Part shown: positions 53,492-63,224 of the stretch, one piece after another
How the letters are laid out: each line of letters opens with the position of its first letter
Numbering within the stretch: the first letter of the stretch is position 1
From: a virus
Lineage: Duplodnaviria > Caudoviricetes
Virus record (IMG/VR): IMGVR_UViG_3300024181_000003
Location: 1 to 64,000 of that record
Strand: one strand, 5' to 3'
DNA length: 64,000 nucleotides
Translations under genes and position numbers: made by a program
Notes under the pieces: model-generated
The model's database searches: none
The model's input: the letters and a program-made list of their open reading frames with translations, nothing else
Told to the model about the DNA's origin: nothing

Positions 53492-54285
53492 CGTCCCTCC
53501 TGTTTAGTGCCCTGCGCCATCGTTTCTTCTTGTTTACCGTACTGTGACGTTGGATGTTTCATCAGCACCCACGATAATCCAAGCGTACTTATTGCGCTTG
53601 TACGGCACACCGAGAGCCTTCAAGAAAAACTCGGTAGTGTCCATCCAGTGCCCAAAAATCAATCGTGATAATGTTCTCATTGTTTCCTCCTGTTATAGAT
53701 AATCTGTTCTTTAGCGTGCTCCACACTTGGGGCACTTACCACAAAAATAATCCTCGTTGCACTTATTGCAGTGCTTGGGTTTCACTTTGTGCTTCATCGT
53801 TTCCTCCTGCTACGAAATGGTGTATTCTACCGCCCCACCACGTTCGCAAGTATGCTGTTGAACCACTCAATGAGTCTCGCAACCACAACGATGAAGCCGG
53901 TGATCACGACCGCGACTGCCCCGATCATCTTCCATTCGTGCTTTGTCATTCGGCCCCCTAAAGTACTCTTGGCGGCACATCGCCGCCCTTTCCCGTCACC
54001 CAGATCGTTATGCACGGCACTAGGTTGACGCAAATCCGCTTGTGAACGTCGGAGATGTGGACCCCGACCCAGAAGCTCTTCCACCGAAATATGATTCCGG
54101 CCTTCATTTGCCTCTCGCATTCTGGTTCAAAATTGCAATATCGTCCAAGTGCTTCTTTTTCTCGAACTGTTTCTCTAAGTCCTTCGCTTGATAATAGCCC
54201 GGGTTGCACCGGCGCATGTGAACTTTAAGGTCTAACACCGTTGCTCCGCACGCAAGACAAATTGGGTATTCATTAGGTCCGTACA

Positions 54286-54723
54286 TCACCACACCTCCCT
54301 GAATGCATCGGCCAGCGCGAGGTGCAACATGCAGGCTTGGAACGCTTCTCCGTGCGCATCAAAATTCTTGCCGTGGCTTTCGATGTGGCACATTTCGTGA
54401 TCTATCGTTAACTCCATCGTGACCGGTGCAGCGTTCATCTCTCGGTCAACAGTTATCCGACAATGCTCTGGTGAGCTGCATATAGTGGAGCCAAGAAGGC
54501 GGCCCAAATTTTCATCAAACAATTTGTCCACCACCACTATTTTCACATCCTCGGGCAACCGGTTGGAAAAATAATCCTGATTCATAATCTTGTAATGGGC
54601 CTCCAACCGCTCGCTGGTCCTCCCGACCACCTTCGGATAGGAGGCGGCAGAGTGAGTTTGGGTGAGGCAACTGTACAAAACTCCAAAACCGATTGCTAGA
54701 AGTATTTTCCAACGTAGTTTCAC
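54286..54723 (-). CDS. membrane-anchored SprT-like zinc metalloprotease B
   Basis: GTG start KLRWKIL; NQDYFSNRLP; IDHEMCH; HGEAFQ. Confidence 0.8.
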   Translation of the reverse strand: MKLRWKILLAIGFGVLYSCLTQTHSAASYPKVVGRTSERLEAHYKIMNQDYFSNRLPEDVKIVVVDKLFDENLGRLLGSTICSSPEHCRITVDREMNAAPVTMELTIDHEMCHIESHGKNFDAHGEAFQACMLHLALADAFREVW

Positions 54724-55037
54724 TCTTTCACCTCTTCTGCGAGCATTTCGACGGCGGTAGCTAGATTTCGCTGGCGGCTGCCGTCGTTCAGAATGATGTG
54801 GTACCAACGACCGCCGTCTGACTTCTTGGCGACAAATGTGCCGCTGCCATCTTTCATCCGAAACTTTTTATAGCCCTTCTCGACGGGTTGAATGTTGACG
54901 AGATCGGTCATACGAATCTGCCTACGAACGCGATAACTCGGCACAAAACAATTTGGACTTCCAGCCACATGCTAGCGATAAAAGGAAGAATCGCTGGCAG
55001 CATGGAAGGAAGTCCGTGTTGTGGGCAGAAAAGAGCT

Positions 55038-55466
55038 TCAAACATTCGGTTCTGGGTCCTTTCGATCGATCGTAACCCCGGTGCCGTAGTAGCCGTTCGA
55101 GTTGCCGTACCAGCGCAGCACGACCGTGCCCTTGGCGGTGCCGATGCGGTAGAAGGTCCACTCCCAACATTCGACATACCGATCACTCATCGGCCCGACA
55201 TCCTTCGGCCAATTAGCAACGTCGCTCTGGGTGCCGCTGTTCGAGTTTTCCTCGGCACGAACGATCGGAGAGCCGATCAGGTCGTTCCAGTCCCCGGCGA
55301 CGTCTTCGAGCGTAACCTGCTCGCAGCAGTCCTGTGAGTGATACATGTAGAACTCGGTGCCGTCGTCAGCCGCGAAGGTGATCTTGTCCTCCATGTCGGT
55401 GACGTAGACAGCCTTCAACGTCTTGCCGATCAGTTCTTCGATTCTGGTGTAGTAGTTGTAACGCAT
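55038..55466 (-). CDS. conserved phage hypothetical protein
   Basis: HSQDCCE..WTFY..T.KG.V..RW.G.SNGYY. Confidence 0.6.
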   Translation of the reverse strand: MRYNYYTRIEELIGKTLKAVYVTDMEDKITFAADDGTEFYMYHSQDCCEQVTLEDVAGDWNDLIGSPIVRAEENSNSGTQSDVANWPKDVGPMSDRYVECWEWTFYRIGTAKGTVVLRWYGNSNGYYGTGVTIDRKDPEPNV

Positions 55467-55473
55467 AACTCTC

Positions 55474-55842
55474 CTAGAGCGGGTACGTGTGCAAACGACC
55501 CTTTGGATTTACTTGGTCGGGACGCAGGCTCTTTTCTGCTGTCCGAGTGTTGCGGAGAACCGCAGACAGCACGGTCGCCCACGCGATTGTCAGACCGGCC
55601 ACCGGCAGACGCTTGTGGCCTTCCTTGACATGCTCCCGGCGCACAGTGCGGTCTAGCGTGCGCTGCAGTTGCTGGTGGGACATGCCCTTGATGGATTTGC
55701 CGAACAGCTCGACGCGTTCACGTTCGGCCTTGGCAGCGGCTGCCGCCTCTTCCTTGGCCTTGAGTGCCGCCGCTTGTTCTTCCGGCGTCATGGGTACTGG
55801 CACCGCTTTGTGTGGCTTTTGGTGCCGATTCGGCTTACTCAT
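55474..55842 (-). CDS. hypothetical protein
   Basis: AGAGG RBS; helical. Confidence 0.5.
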   Translation of the reverse strand: MSKPNRHQKPHKAVPVPMTPEEQAAALKAKEEAAAAAKAERERVELFGKSIKGMSHQQLQRTLDRTVRREHVKEGHKRLPVAGLTIAWATVLSAVLRNTRTAEKSLRPDQVNPKGRLHTYPL

Positions 55843-56254
55843 CGTTGTCCTCTTTCTTGGGCAGCGGTTCCATGCCCAATTCCTTTCGGATTGCGTTCAG
55901 ACGGCCAAACTCGTCGTAGCTGTCCCAACGATACATCCGCTTGTCGAACTCGGTCTGCAGCATTTCGTACCACGTCCGCAACTGTTCGACGTTGTCGAGC
56001 CAAACTGCGCTGTCGTGCATCTCTTTTTCGATCTGTTCGTCTGTCGAGCCGTCGGCTTCCCAGCCATCGCAGCCAGAGCACGAGCCGTAAGACCACTCGT
56101 AGGCAACGTATGCGCCGTCTTTCTTGCCGAAGAAGTGAGCGTGTCCCTGATAATCCGACTCAGAGTTTTCCCACAGCACGTCGTACTTGCCGAATACGTT
56201 GAGTGCGTTGTCGCCGTAGCGGCACGAGTATGCAATTGTTGATGTGAAATCCAT
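55835..56254 (-). CDS. hypothetical protein
   Basis: DYQG..WSYGSCSGCD. Confidence 0.6.
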   Translation of the reverse strand: MDFTSTIAYSCRYGDNALNVFGKYDVLWENSESDYQGHAHFFGKKDGAYVAYEWSYGSCSGCDGWEADGSTDEQIEKEMHDSAVWLDNVEQLRTWYEMLQTEFDKRMYRWDSYDEFGRLNAIRKELGMEPLPKKEDNDE

Positions 56255-56477
56255 TACTTCCTCCGCTTGGTCTTTTGAACTTCGACAAACGACTTGATCG
56301 ACATGCTCTTGGCATCCTCTGGATAGATGTTGTTGTGTCTCGCCAACCCATCTTTCGCCGCAGCCAACGAGGTGTACGCCTGAGAGACGTACTCGCTCGC
56401 TACGGTCGAGTTGTTGGCTGTCGGCCAGCCGCTCGAATAACCTTGGTACCACAGCACGTAGAGTTTGCGCTTCGCCA

Positions 56478-56885
56478 TTAGCCCTCCCACACGTAGCCCT
56501 GTACGGGCACTTCGCCAGTACGCTCTTCCGGCTTGATTGAATCTGCGTAGATCACCAGAACGCTGGGCTTCTTGACATACTCTTTCAGCGTCTGGTAGTC
56601 CTTCGAAAAACTGTAACCGCTCGTGCTTGGACGCTCGACGTACTCGTTGGTTGCGTTGTCGAAGTCGCAGCCGCGCTCGTAGGCGGTTGCCTGTTCGAGC
56701 GTCGAATCTTCCGCGATCGAGTAGTCCTCGCCGCAGCAGGTGCAGGTGACGCGGTTTGGGTTGTGGCCGAAACGGTTGTAGAAAACCGTCACGGCTTCGG
56801 ACTCACCGGCTTCGATGTAGATGTACTCATACGGCTCTTCCTTAGTGCCGCCGCCCGAGTGCATGTCCATGAAACATGTCCACAT
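56478..56885 (-). CDS. hypothetical protein
   Basis: MDMHSGG..P..VTCTCCGEDY; GAGG RBS. Confidence 0.6.
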   Translation of the reverse strand: MWTCFMDMHSGGGTKEEPYEYIYIEAGESEAVTVFYNRFGHNPNRVTCTCCGEDYSIAEDSTLEQATAYERGCDFDNATNEYVERPSTSGYSFSKDYQTLKEYVKKPSVLVIYADSIKPEERTGEVPVQGYVWEG

Positions 56886-56970
56886 ATTACCCTCTTCCTG
56901 TCGGATATGCCACCGACCACGTCGATCTGTAAACTGGCCGAAAAGTCTTTCGCTTTCCACTCTCAACGAC

Positions 56971-56999
56971 ATTATACGCCGGGTTGCCGTCGTTGTCAA
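56971..56999 (-). promoter_or_regulatory. perfect consensus sigma70 promoter inside ORF 56887-57150
   Basis: TTGACA-17 nt-TATAAT. Confidence 0.8.
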
Positions 57000-57510
57000 G
57001 CACTATTTCGCTGGACGAGAACTTGATCGCTTGGCGCTCGAACTCATCGCCCTCGGTGCGGAAACGACGGTAGATGTCGTCTCGCTGGGCCTTGTCTTGC
57101 ATCGTCAGCACTTCGAAATGGTTTACGGTACCGTCTTGGTTTTGAGTCATATTTTCTCCCTGTGTTCTTTGGTTGTCAGGGCTGCGAAGATCACGAACCC
57201 CACGAGATTAGGAATCAAAAGCCACGGTAACGACATGTGGGTTGCGATGGCGAATGCGGACCCTGTGCCCTGCAACAGACCTAGCATGAAACCGTAATAT
57301 GTGTAGCTGGGTTTCATTAATTGTCCCTTACTCTCTGGTACTTGACGGTGTCAGTGCCGTCAGCGTTGTGGATGATCGCGGTGATCAGTTCCTGAGGACC
57401 ACGAAGAGCGTTGCGTTCTTTCCGCTGCTTGCGGAAGAACTCGGCGCTGCCTGCGTTACGACGTGCGAAATGATCTTTGACGTTCTTCTTTCGAGTTGCC
57501 ATTCATCCTC

Positions 57511-58074
57511 CTAGAATACGACGATTTGCGCCGCCGTCAAAACTTTGTTGACGTAGATGTGTCCGTGGACTTCGCTATATCCGTTGTAGTGATGGAGCCC
57601 TTCTACCAGCCCGTATTTTCGTACATAGGCGGATAGGATGTTGGCACCGATTCTGATGTTTTTCTCGGGGTCTGTGAGGTCGGCCCGGTGTCCCCAGACT
57701 TTGGCGTTAACTTGCATGAGCCCAACTGAGCCAAGACCGTCTTTAGCTTGTACGTTACCATGGGATTCGACGGTGACCACACCTGCCAAGAGACGCGGAG
57801 ATAGTCCATATTCGATTGCGACTTTTGCCGTGATCTCGGAGAACGTCTCACGGACGTGATTCGTCCGGTATACCATCCGGGCGGCAGCAACAGCTCGCTC
57901 GTATTTTTTCTTGGCCGCTTGACGGGCTTTTTCGCTTTGCTCACGCTTTACCTCACTTTTGATGTGCGCCTCTGTCACAGGCACGAACTTGATCGGCTTG
58001 GGGGCTGGCGTGACGAACCAGAAAGAGGTCGCCAGAGCCAGATATCCTGCCAGTACGATGAACGTCCGTGTCAT
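57511..58074 (-). CDS. soluble lytic transglycosylase (SLT) with N-terminal anchor
   Basis: VESHG catalytic Glu, GLMQVN, NIRIG..L..Y, YNG, Y..KV. Confidence 0.9.
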   Translation of the reverse strand: MTRTFIVLAGYLALATSFWFVTPAPKPIKFVPVTEAHIKSEVKREQSEKARQAAKKKYERAVAAARMVYRTNHVRETFSEITAKVAIEYGLSPRLLAGVVTVESHGNVQAKDGLGSVGLMQVNAKVWGHRADLTDPEKNIRIGANILSAYVRKYGLVEGLHHYNGYSEVHGHIYVNKVLTAAQIVVF

Positions 58075-58164
58075 AATCCTCCAGATTAAAGTCGGAACCA
58101 TATTTAAGGCCCGGGCATCCCGGGGTAGAGAGGCTGGTTCCGGCCACCCCTCATTTCGTGAACC

Positions 58165-58193
58165 ATTTTACTACAGGACGGCGCTCGTGTCAA
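58165..58193 (-). promoter_or_regulatory. phage promoter family copy B, upstream of SLT
   Basis: TTGACA-CGAGCGCCGTCCTGTAG-TAAAAT. Confidence 0.75.
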
Positions 58194-58719
58194 GCGCATT
58201 TTTCGGGTGCAGCTCGCACCACAGACACAGAGGTGGGTTCTGCTGCTCGTAAAAGGCAATCGGGTCGCCGCAGGAGATGCAGGGCGGCCCGTCCAACTTG
58301 TGGATTATGAGCGGTTTAGCGACAGATTCTTTGTAAGGCATGTCGGCTTGGCCGATGTAGTCGAACAGCTCGCCGGGCTTGTGGGGGATAATGACCGGCG
58401 GCTGCTCCTCGTCCAACTTTTGCTCTTTTTTCGCCTTCTTTACGAGAACGGCGGCCTCTTTCTTGACAGCCAGATTCTTCTCGTACCGCTCGGCCATGGG
58501 TGCGTAGACGGCGTAGGCTTCCTCGGTGATCTCCAAGCCGGACGGTGGCTTGTTTTCCCGAAGCTTCTGCAACACGGGCACCTTGGCGGTATACCAGACC
58601 CATGCTGGCGGCCCGTCGGTCTTGAAGCCAGCCGCTTTGACAGCGGCCAGATCGCCGTGGAAGTCGGTCGAGAACTGCGCCTCGAATCGATTCCAGCCCG
58701 AGTTGTAGCGAATGATCAA
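58171..58719 (-). CDS. hypothetical protein with C-terminal zinc finger
   Basis: CISCG..CLWC. Confidence 0.55.
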   Translation of the reverse strand: MIIRYNSGWNRFEAQFSTDFHGDLAAVKAAGFKTDGPPAWVWYTAKVPVLQKLRENKPPSGLEITEEAYAVYAPMAERYEKNLAVKKEAAVLVKKAKKEQKLDEEQPPVIIPHKPGELFDYIGQADMPYKESVAKPLIIHKLDGPPCISCGDPIAFYEQQNPPLCLWCELHPKNALDTSAVL

Positions 58720-59060
58720 AGTTTACAGTATCCCGGTCCTGTTGAACAAAGTCTGATGAGTGTCGGAGACATCAGTTGGCCACACAAACGACAGCAAATT
58801 TTCGATACGCCTGTTTTTGGCTCGGGGTCTTCGGCGACACAGTAGCCGTTCGCAATGATGCACAACTGGGCCGAGTGTGGAGACATTTGCTTGCCGCAGT
58901 GAAGACAGAATCGAACGCCTTCTGGTGCCTTGGGCGGCACCTTGTCGTCCTTCGTGACCGAAACGATCGGCACGGTCGCCTTGTCCTTGTTCTTCTCAAG
59001 ATACTGCCGCTCTCGTTTGTCAAGATCGGTGGTCCATTCGCGCCATTCTCGTTCGGTCAT
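58716..59060 (-). CDS. zinc-finger protein with duplicated C..CG..MSP motif
   Basis: CLHCGKQMSP and CRLCGQLMSP. Confidence 0.5.
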   Translation of the reverse strand: MTEREWREWTTDLDKRERQYLEKNKDKATVPIVSVTKDDKVPPKAPEGVRFCLHCGKQMSPHSAQLCIIANGYCVAEDPEPKTGVSKICCRLCGQLMSPTLIRLCSTGPGYCKL

Positions 59061-59277
59061 GTTTCTGTGCTCCGAGCCAAGTCTATCAGGGTCAGTTTGT
59101 TTTGTAAAGAGGCGTTCTCTTTACGGAGTTGATCGAGACCTTCGAATACGATCTGCCACATGTGCAGGACATTGTCGAAGTGCTCTTGCTGGTCGGGCTC
59201 CGGGCTTCCGTATTTCTCGTTGATCTCGGTGTCCAGCCAGCCTTGGGCGTAAACAACCGTGCTGAGTTTGTGTGAGT

Positions 59278-59622
59278 TCATAATCCGCCTTCCATGGTCT
59301 TCTTTTTCTTCTTGATCTCTTCTTCCCGTTGTTTCTCCCACTCTTCTTGCAGATGGTGGAAGTAGTACTGATTCTTGAGTTCTTTGTTAACAAAACTGAC
59401 GGCCACGAACATCGAGTGACAGGTGACGCATACCTCGCCGACCTTGGGGACAATAAAATTTTCTTCGCGCAAGGCCGATATCGGCCAACGACAGTATGGG
59501 TTGCTGCACTTCTTGCTGTAGTTCTCGGCTACCGCCGCCATGAACTGCACATTCTTATCGCAAACTTCTGACGCACCCTCTTCTCCGATACGCCACGTCT
59601 TGAAACGATTTTTGTCGATCAT
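59278..59622 (-). CDS. hypothetical zinc-binding protein
   Basis: CSNPYC..CVTCH. Confidence 0.55.
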   Translation of the reverse strand: MIDKNRFKTWRIGEEGASEVCDKNVQFMAAVAENYSKKCSNPYCRWPISALREENFIVPKVGEVCVTCHSMFVAVSFVNKELKNQYYFHHLQEEWEKQREEEIKKKKKTMEGGL

Positions 59623-59623
59623 G

Positions 59624-60004
59624 TCAAGAATTCCACCTTTTAATATACTCCAGAACTTTTAGAAGAAGACCCGGATGATTTTCTTCAAATCCAACAGCGA
59701 AGTTACAATACCAATGAATGAGTTGCCGGACTTTCTTACTTTGATGGTTGTGGTCTGTGTGAGCCTTTCTGAAATTTTCGGGTAGCGGCTCCCCACACAA
59801 TCCGCACAAACCTTCTTGATTTTTATACATTCTTTCTTTGTCGGCCAATGTGATACCGCACACGTATTTTAGATAACGGCCCTGTTTTACGGGGTCTTTT
59901 CTATACGATTCTCTTTTCCGTCTTCTGTCTGCGATTTTTCGGTACTCTTTTCTGTCTCGTATGCGATCGTACGCTCTGGCTTTTTCTTTATCTTTATATG
60001 GCAT
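59624..60004 (-). CDS. endonuclease VII-family His-Me finger nuclease
   Basis: QEGLCGLC..HTDHNH..VR..H..CN..G; AT-rich. Confidence 0.8.
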   Translation of the reverse strand: MPYKDKEKARAYDRIRDRKEYRKIADRRRKRESYRKDPVKQGRYLKYVCGITLADKERMYKNQEGLCGLCGEPLPENFRKAHTDHNHQSKKVRQLIHWYCNFAVGFEENHPGLLLKVLEYIKRWNS

Positions 60005-60540
60005 CAGCTGTTTACTCGCTTTCCCCAACCAGCCGCAAACTTGTTGGTCTGTGGCTTGTTCATCACAACTTTCAAAATGTGTGCAACCAGCGCCGACTTG
60101 TATGAGTTCAGCAACGAGTTCTCCTCGGACTGGTTGATTGCGTTCAGCGTATCTGGTCCGAAACTTCCATCGATCTCGGTGCCGTAGGTCGGGTTGAGCG
60201 TTGCCTGCAACAAACGGACTGCCACGCCGACGCCGAATAGCACGCCCATGTCGAAAAGCTTCTCCGCAATTAACTGGGAGTCGATCTGGGAATAGCCTGT
60301 CTTCCAGTAACCCTCGGCGTACACATCCTCTACCATGTTCTGCAGCGGGACGTCTGTGTCGAGAATCCTCGGGAAGTCTGGGCTGTTCTTGTAATTGTCG
60401 ATGATCTGCCAGCCGGACCAGTTGGCGTGGTTTCTGCGACTGACGCCACGGTACGTTTCACCGCCCGGGTCGCACGGGTCGTTGAGGTAACCGCCCTCGT
60501 TGACCAGAGTCTTGAGAACTGCTTCATGAAAGTTTGCCAT
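60004..60540 (-). CDS. GH108 endolysin with peptidoglycan-binding domain
   Basis: EGGYLNDPCDPGGETYRGV; FDMGV..G..A.RLLQ; DG.FGP.T; GW.KRV. Confidence 0.92.
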   Translation of the reverse strand: MANFHEAVLKTLVNEGGYLNDPCDPGGETYRGVSRRNHANWSGWQIIDNYKNSPDFPRILDTDVPLQNMVEDVYAEGYWKTGYSQIDSQLIAEKLFDMGVLFGVGVAVRLLQATLNPTYGTEIDGSFGPDTLNAINQSEENSLLNSYKSALVAHILKVVMNKPQTNKFAAGWGKRVNS

Positions 60541-61045
60541 AGTATGTTTCCTTTGTGATCGGGTCCTTATCAACTGCCCGAAAATACTCCTTTTCTTCGA
60601 TGCGCTTAATCCAATTGCAGGTTGGGCAAAGTAGTTGAAATCGCTTCGGGTGTTTCAAAACTTTTTTAAGTATCTGCAGGTTCCACAATTTTAACCGATC
60701 TTTGTTTCCGTTCCCTCTTTTATGATCTATATGTAAAATTCTCAAATCTCTGCAGCCTAACGTCTCATCGTCGTTTAAGTGACGACACTTTGGGTTAGCG
60801 CATTTTCCTCCCAAAAGAGTCAAGACTTGTCTTCGCAGTGCTCGGACGTACGCTCTTGTGTAATCACGCAGTTTAACTCTATTCTTAGCGCTCCATAGCC
60901 TCCGATAGCGTATACAAGACGCACACTGCTTTCTATCCTTAGCCAGTTTTCGCTTTCCACACTGCGGACATAATCCTAGTTTTGTGGCATCCTTTCGTTT
61001 TCTCGCTGCTCGATCTTTGGCTGTCATTGTTTTTTCGGACCACAT
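60524..61045 (-). CDS. HNH endonuclease
   Basis: CPQCG..CASC; LGGKC..C..LHIDH..LLCPTCN; AT-rich. Confidence 0.8.
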   Translation of the reverse strand: MWSEKTMTAKDRAARKRKDATKLGLCPQCGKRKLAKDRKQCASCIRYRRLWSAKNRVKLRDYTRAYVRALRRQVLTLLGGKCANPKCRHLNDDETLGCRDLRILHIDHKRGNGNKDRLKLWNLQILKKVLKHPKRFQLLCPTCNWIKRIEEKEYFRAVDKDPITKETYYGKLS

Positions 61046-61662
61046 GACTGATATTTATCGGGATGTGCAATAAACTTTTGCATTTCTACAGGCGAGTAGT
61101 TCGTATACTCAAGTGCGAACAGGCGCTGCCACGGGTTCTTCAACTGCTTGGTCGGGTCGAATGACAACAGTTCAGCGTCCCGCTCCAATCGTTCCGGCTT
61201 GTGGAAGCCGTCCCAGATATTGTGCAGGTGTCCGTGGATGTTGTAGATTGCGCCTGGTGGCAGGATAGCTGAGGGCTCGTGGGTCAGCCACATCTGGCGG
61301 AACATCAAAGAGTCGCAGGCGAACTGAAAGCCGCCCTTCTGCATCCACCATGTGTTTGACTGCGAGCGGTCGTGGTTACCACGGATGAGAATTTTGGTGC
61401 CGGGCAGGTCGGCGATACGGTCTTCCCGTTTACCGATCAGCACGTCGCCCAAGTGGATAACTAAATCCTCTGGCTTGACGGTACGTTTCCAGTTATTCAA
61501 AACCAGTTCGGTAAAATTGGCCGGACGCTGACAGTAGGTCAGCATGACGCCGCCTTCTTTGTCATGGTTCAGATGCGTATCTGCAATCAAGTATACGTTC
61601 ATATTTTCACTATCCTCAATGTAGCTGTCGTGCCAGTCGCCAATTTTATAGAAGTCCGTCAT
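61024..61662 (-). CDS. calcineurin-like metallophosphoesterase
   Basis: DTH, HLGD, GNHD, THEP, HGHLH. Confidence 0.9.
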   Translation of the reverse strand: MTDFYKIGDWHDSYIEDSENMNVYLIADTHLNHDKEGGVMLTYCQRPANFTELVLNNWKRTVKPEDLVIHLGDVLIGKREDRIADLPGTKILIRGNHDRSQSNTWWMQKGGFQFACDSLMFRQMWLTHEPSAILPPGAIYNIHGHLHNIWDGFHKPERLERDAELLSFDPTKQLKNPWQRLFALEYTNYSPVEMQKFIAHPDKYQSCGPKKQ

Positions 61663-62107
61663 ACGCCCCGGCCATGAACAGTCGGAACAGTTCAGCTTGG
61701 TAGATCATGCCGTGCCCGGGGTTATGGGTCGGATGCCCTACATAAGTGCTCTCTAGCGCTGCGTGCGCCATCTCGTGCAGCAAGAGCAGGCAAGCGATCG
61801 ACTCAGACCGTCCGTAGGTCGAGTCAATCCAAATCTCGTTGACCGCCGGTCGCCACGCTGCGTCAGCCTCGTGGCACTTGTTGATCTTTCGAAGCTGGGC
61901 CGGGCTGACCAGCCGGACCTTGACCGTCCGGTTGATTCGGTTGCCGAAAAACGTTTCGTTAAAGCCGTGGAACAGAATTTGCATGTCCTTCTCTTTCAGG
62001 ATATGGCGCTTTTCTCGCTTCGGTTTCTTGGCCGAAACGTCAAGCAGCCTGTCTATATCTTCCTTCGTCAGTTTCTTGAATTTCTTTCTGTTCGACTTGA
62101 ACGTCAT
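61646..62107 (-). CDS. SprT-like zinc metalloprotease C (cytoplasmic)
   Basis: FNETFFGN; LLHEMAH; HG..YQ. Confidence 0.75.
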   Translation of the reverse strand: MTFKSNRKKFKKLTKEDIDRLLDVSAKKPKREKRHILKEKDMQILFHGFNETFFGNRINRTVKVRLVSPAQLRKINKCHEADAAWRPAVNEIWIDSTYGRSESIACLLLLHEMAHAALESTYVGHPTHNPGHGMIYQAELFRLFMAGAYDGLL

Positions 62108-62400
62108 AGTTCGGCCCCCTCTGGAAATCTCGTAGTTTTGAATGCAACCTTTTGTCGCTTTTCTTCTTTTTCTTTCTCCTCACGACAAAACCAGCATTGC
62201 TTCAAACCGTCTTCGATCACGCTCTCCAACACGATTCGCTTATCAACGGCCAACTCATACGCTAGTTGGCTCAACTTGATCTCTGTGTTAAACTCCGGGT
62301 GTTTTTGACAGACCACGTAGAATCTGCCCATCGGGTCCGCAGCACTGACACACTGTATCAGACGACCCTTGGAATTTTCGTATTCCCACTGTTGACTCAT
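62104..62400 (-). CDS. hypothetical protein
   Basis: CQKH..CWFC; ATGA couplings. Confidence 0.5.
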   Translation of the reverse strand: MSQQWEYENSKGRLIQCVSAADPMGRFYVVCQKHPEFNTEIKLSQLAYELAVDKRIVLESVIEDGLKQCWFCREEKEKEEKRQKVAFKTTRFPEGAEL

Positions 62401-63224
62401 ATCCGTATCCACCTCTCCGGTATTAGATCGCTGGTGTCCATCGACTTGTCGAGGAACCAACGCTTCGGCGCAACGATCACTTGGTCCTGTTTTGTTTCTC
62501 CGAGCCATGCGCCCCACCAACTGAATGAACTGTTTGCCATTACAGCGTGCTGGCAACTAGCCATGAGTGTCAGATCGTGCTCTTCTTGGCCATTGTGGGT
62601 CGTTGTTGTCGGACGGTCGCCGCCGATTACCCGCCACTCGTACGGTAGCTTAAAATTGTCTTGAACCCATGCCGGGTCGTCTGAGAATACGAAGACCTTC
62701 GGGTTGACACGCTGCGCCACCAACTCAAGCGCACCCAAATAGTAGTTCATGTCCATCTCGCCGTGGAATGTGTTGCCGATGTAGTCTGTGCGGCGCACGG
62801 TCAAGAATGTCGAACGCTCACCCGCTTCCCAGATATCCCACATGTCCTTGGCGACCTGTCCACTCGTTGGTCGAGTCTTGGGCAAGAAAATGTGTCGAAT
62901 GTCGGTCGAGTGGTTTTTGAAATACTTTTCAGACTGCCAATAGCCCTCGATGCACATGTTGTCGTGAACTCGTTCGTCGATCTTCGGGTTGTACGCGAAG
63001 CCGCTTTCGTATAGCGTCGGTGCAACACCCGTTACTATCTTCTCTCGAACGCCAACCCAACGGCCAAGCATGTAAACACGTCTGAAATCTGTGCTCTCGA
63101 CGTCTGGCACACGGCTGATGTCCAGCTGCATCTCGACGCCTAGACGCTTGGCTTGTGCGTAGCCCATGCTATATTGAAATAGTTGATTTCCCATCCCACC
63201 TTTAAGGACCACGGTGATGCTCAT
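62397..63224 (-). CDS. GT11 alpha-1,2-fucosyltransferase-like protein
   Basis: GGMGNQLFQY, GYWQSEKYF, VRRTDY, FSDD, NSSFSWWGAWL. Confidence 0.92.
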   Translation of the reverse strand: MSITVVLKGGMGNQLFQYSMGYAQAKRLGVEMQLDISRVPDVESTDFRRVYMLGRWVGVREKIVTGVAPTLYESGFAYNPKIDERVHDNMCIEGYWQSEKYFKNHSTDIRHIFLPKTRPTSGQVAKDMWDIWEAGERSTFLTVRRTDYIGNTFHGEMDMNYYLGALELVAQRVNPKVFVFSDDPAWVQDNFKLPYEWRVIGGDRPTTTTHNGQEEHDLTLMASCQHAVMANSSFSWWGAWLGETKQDQVIVAPKRWFLDKSMDTSDLIPERWIRI

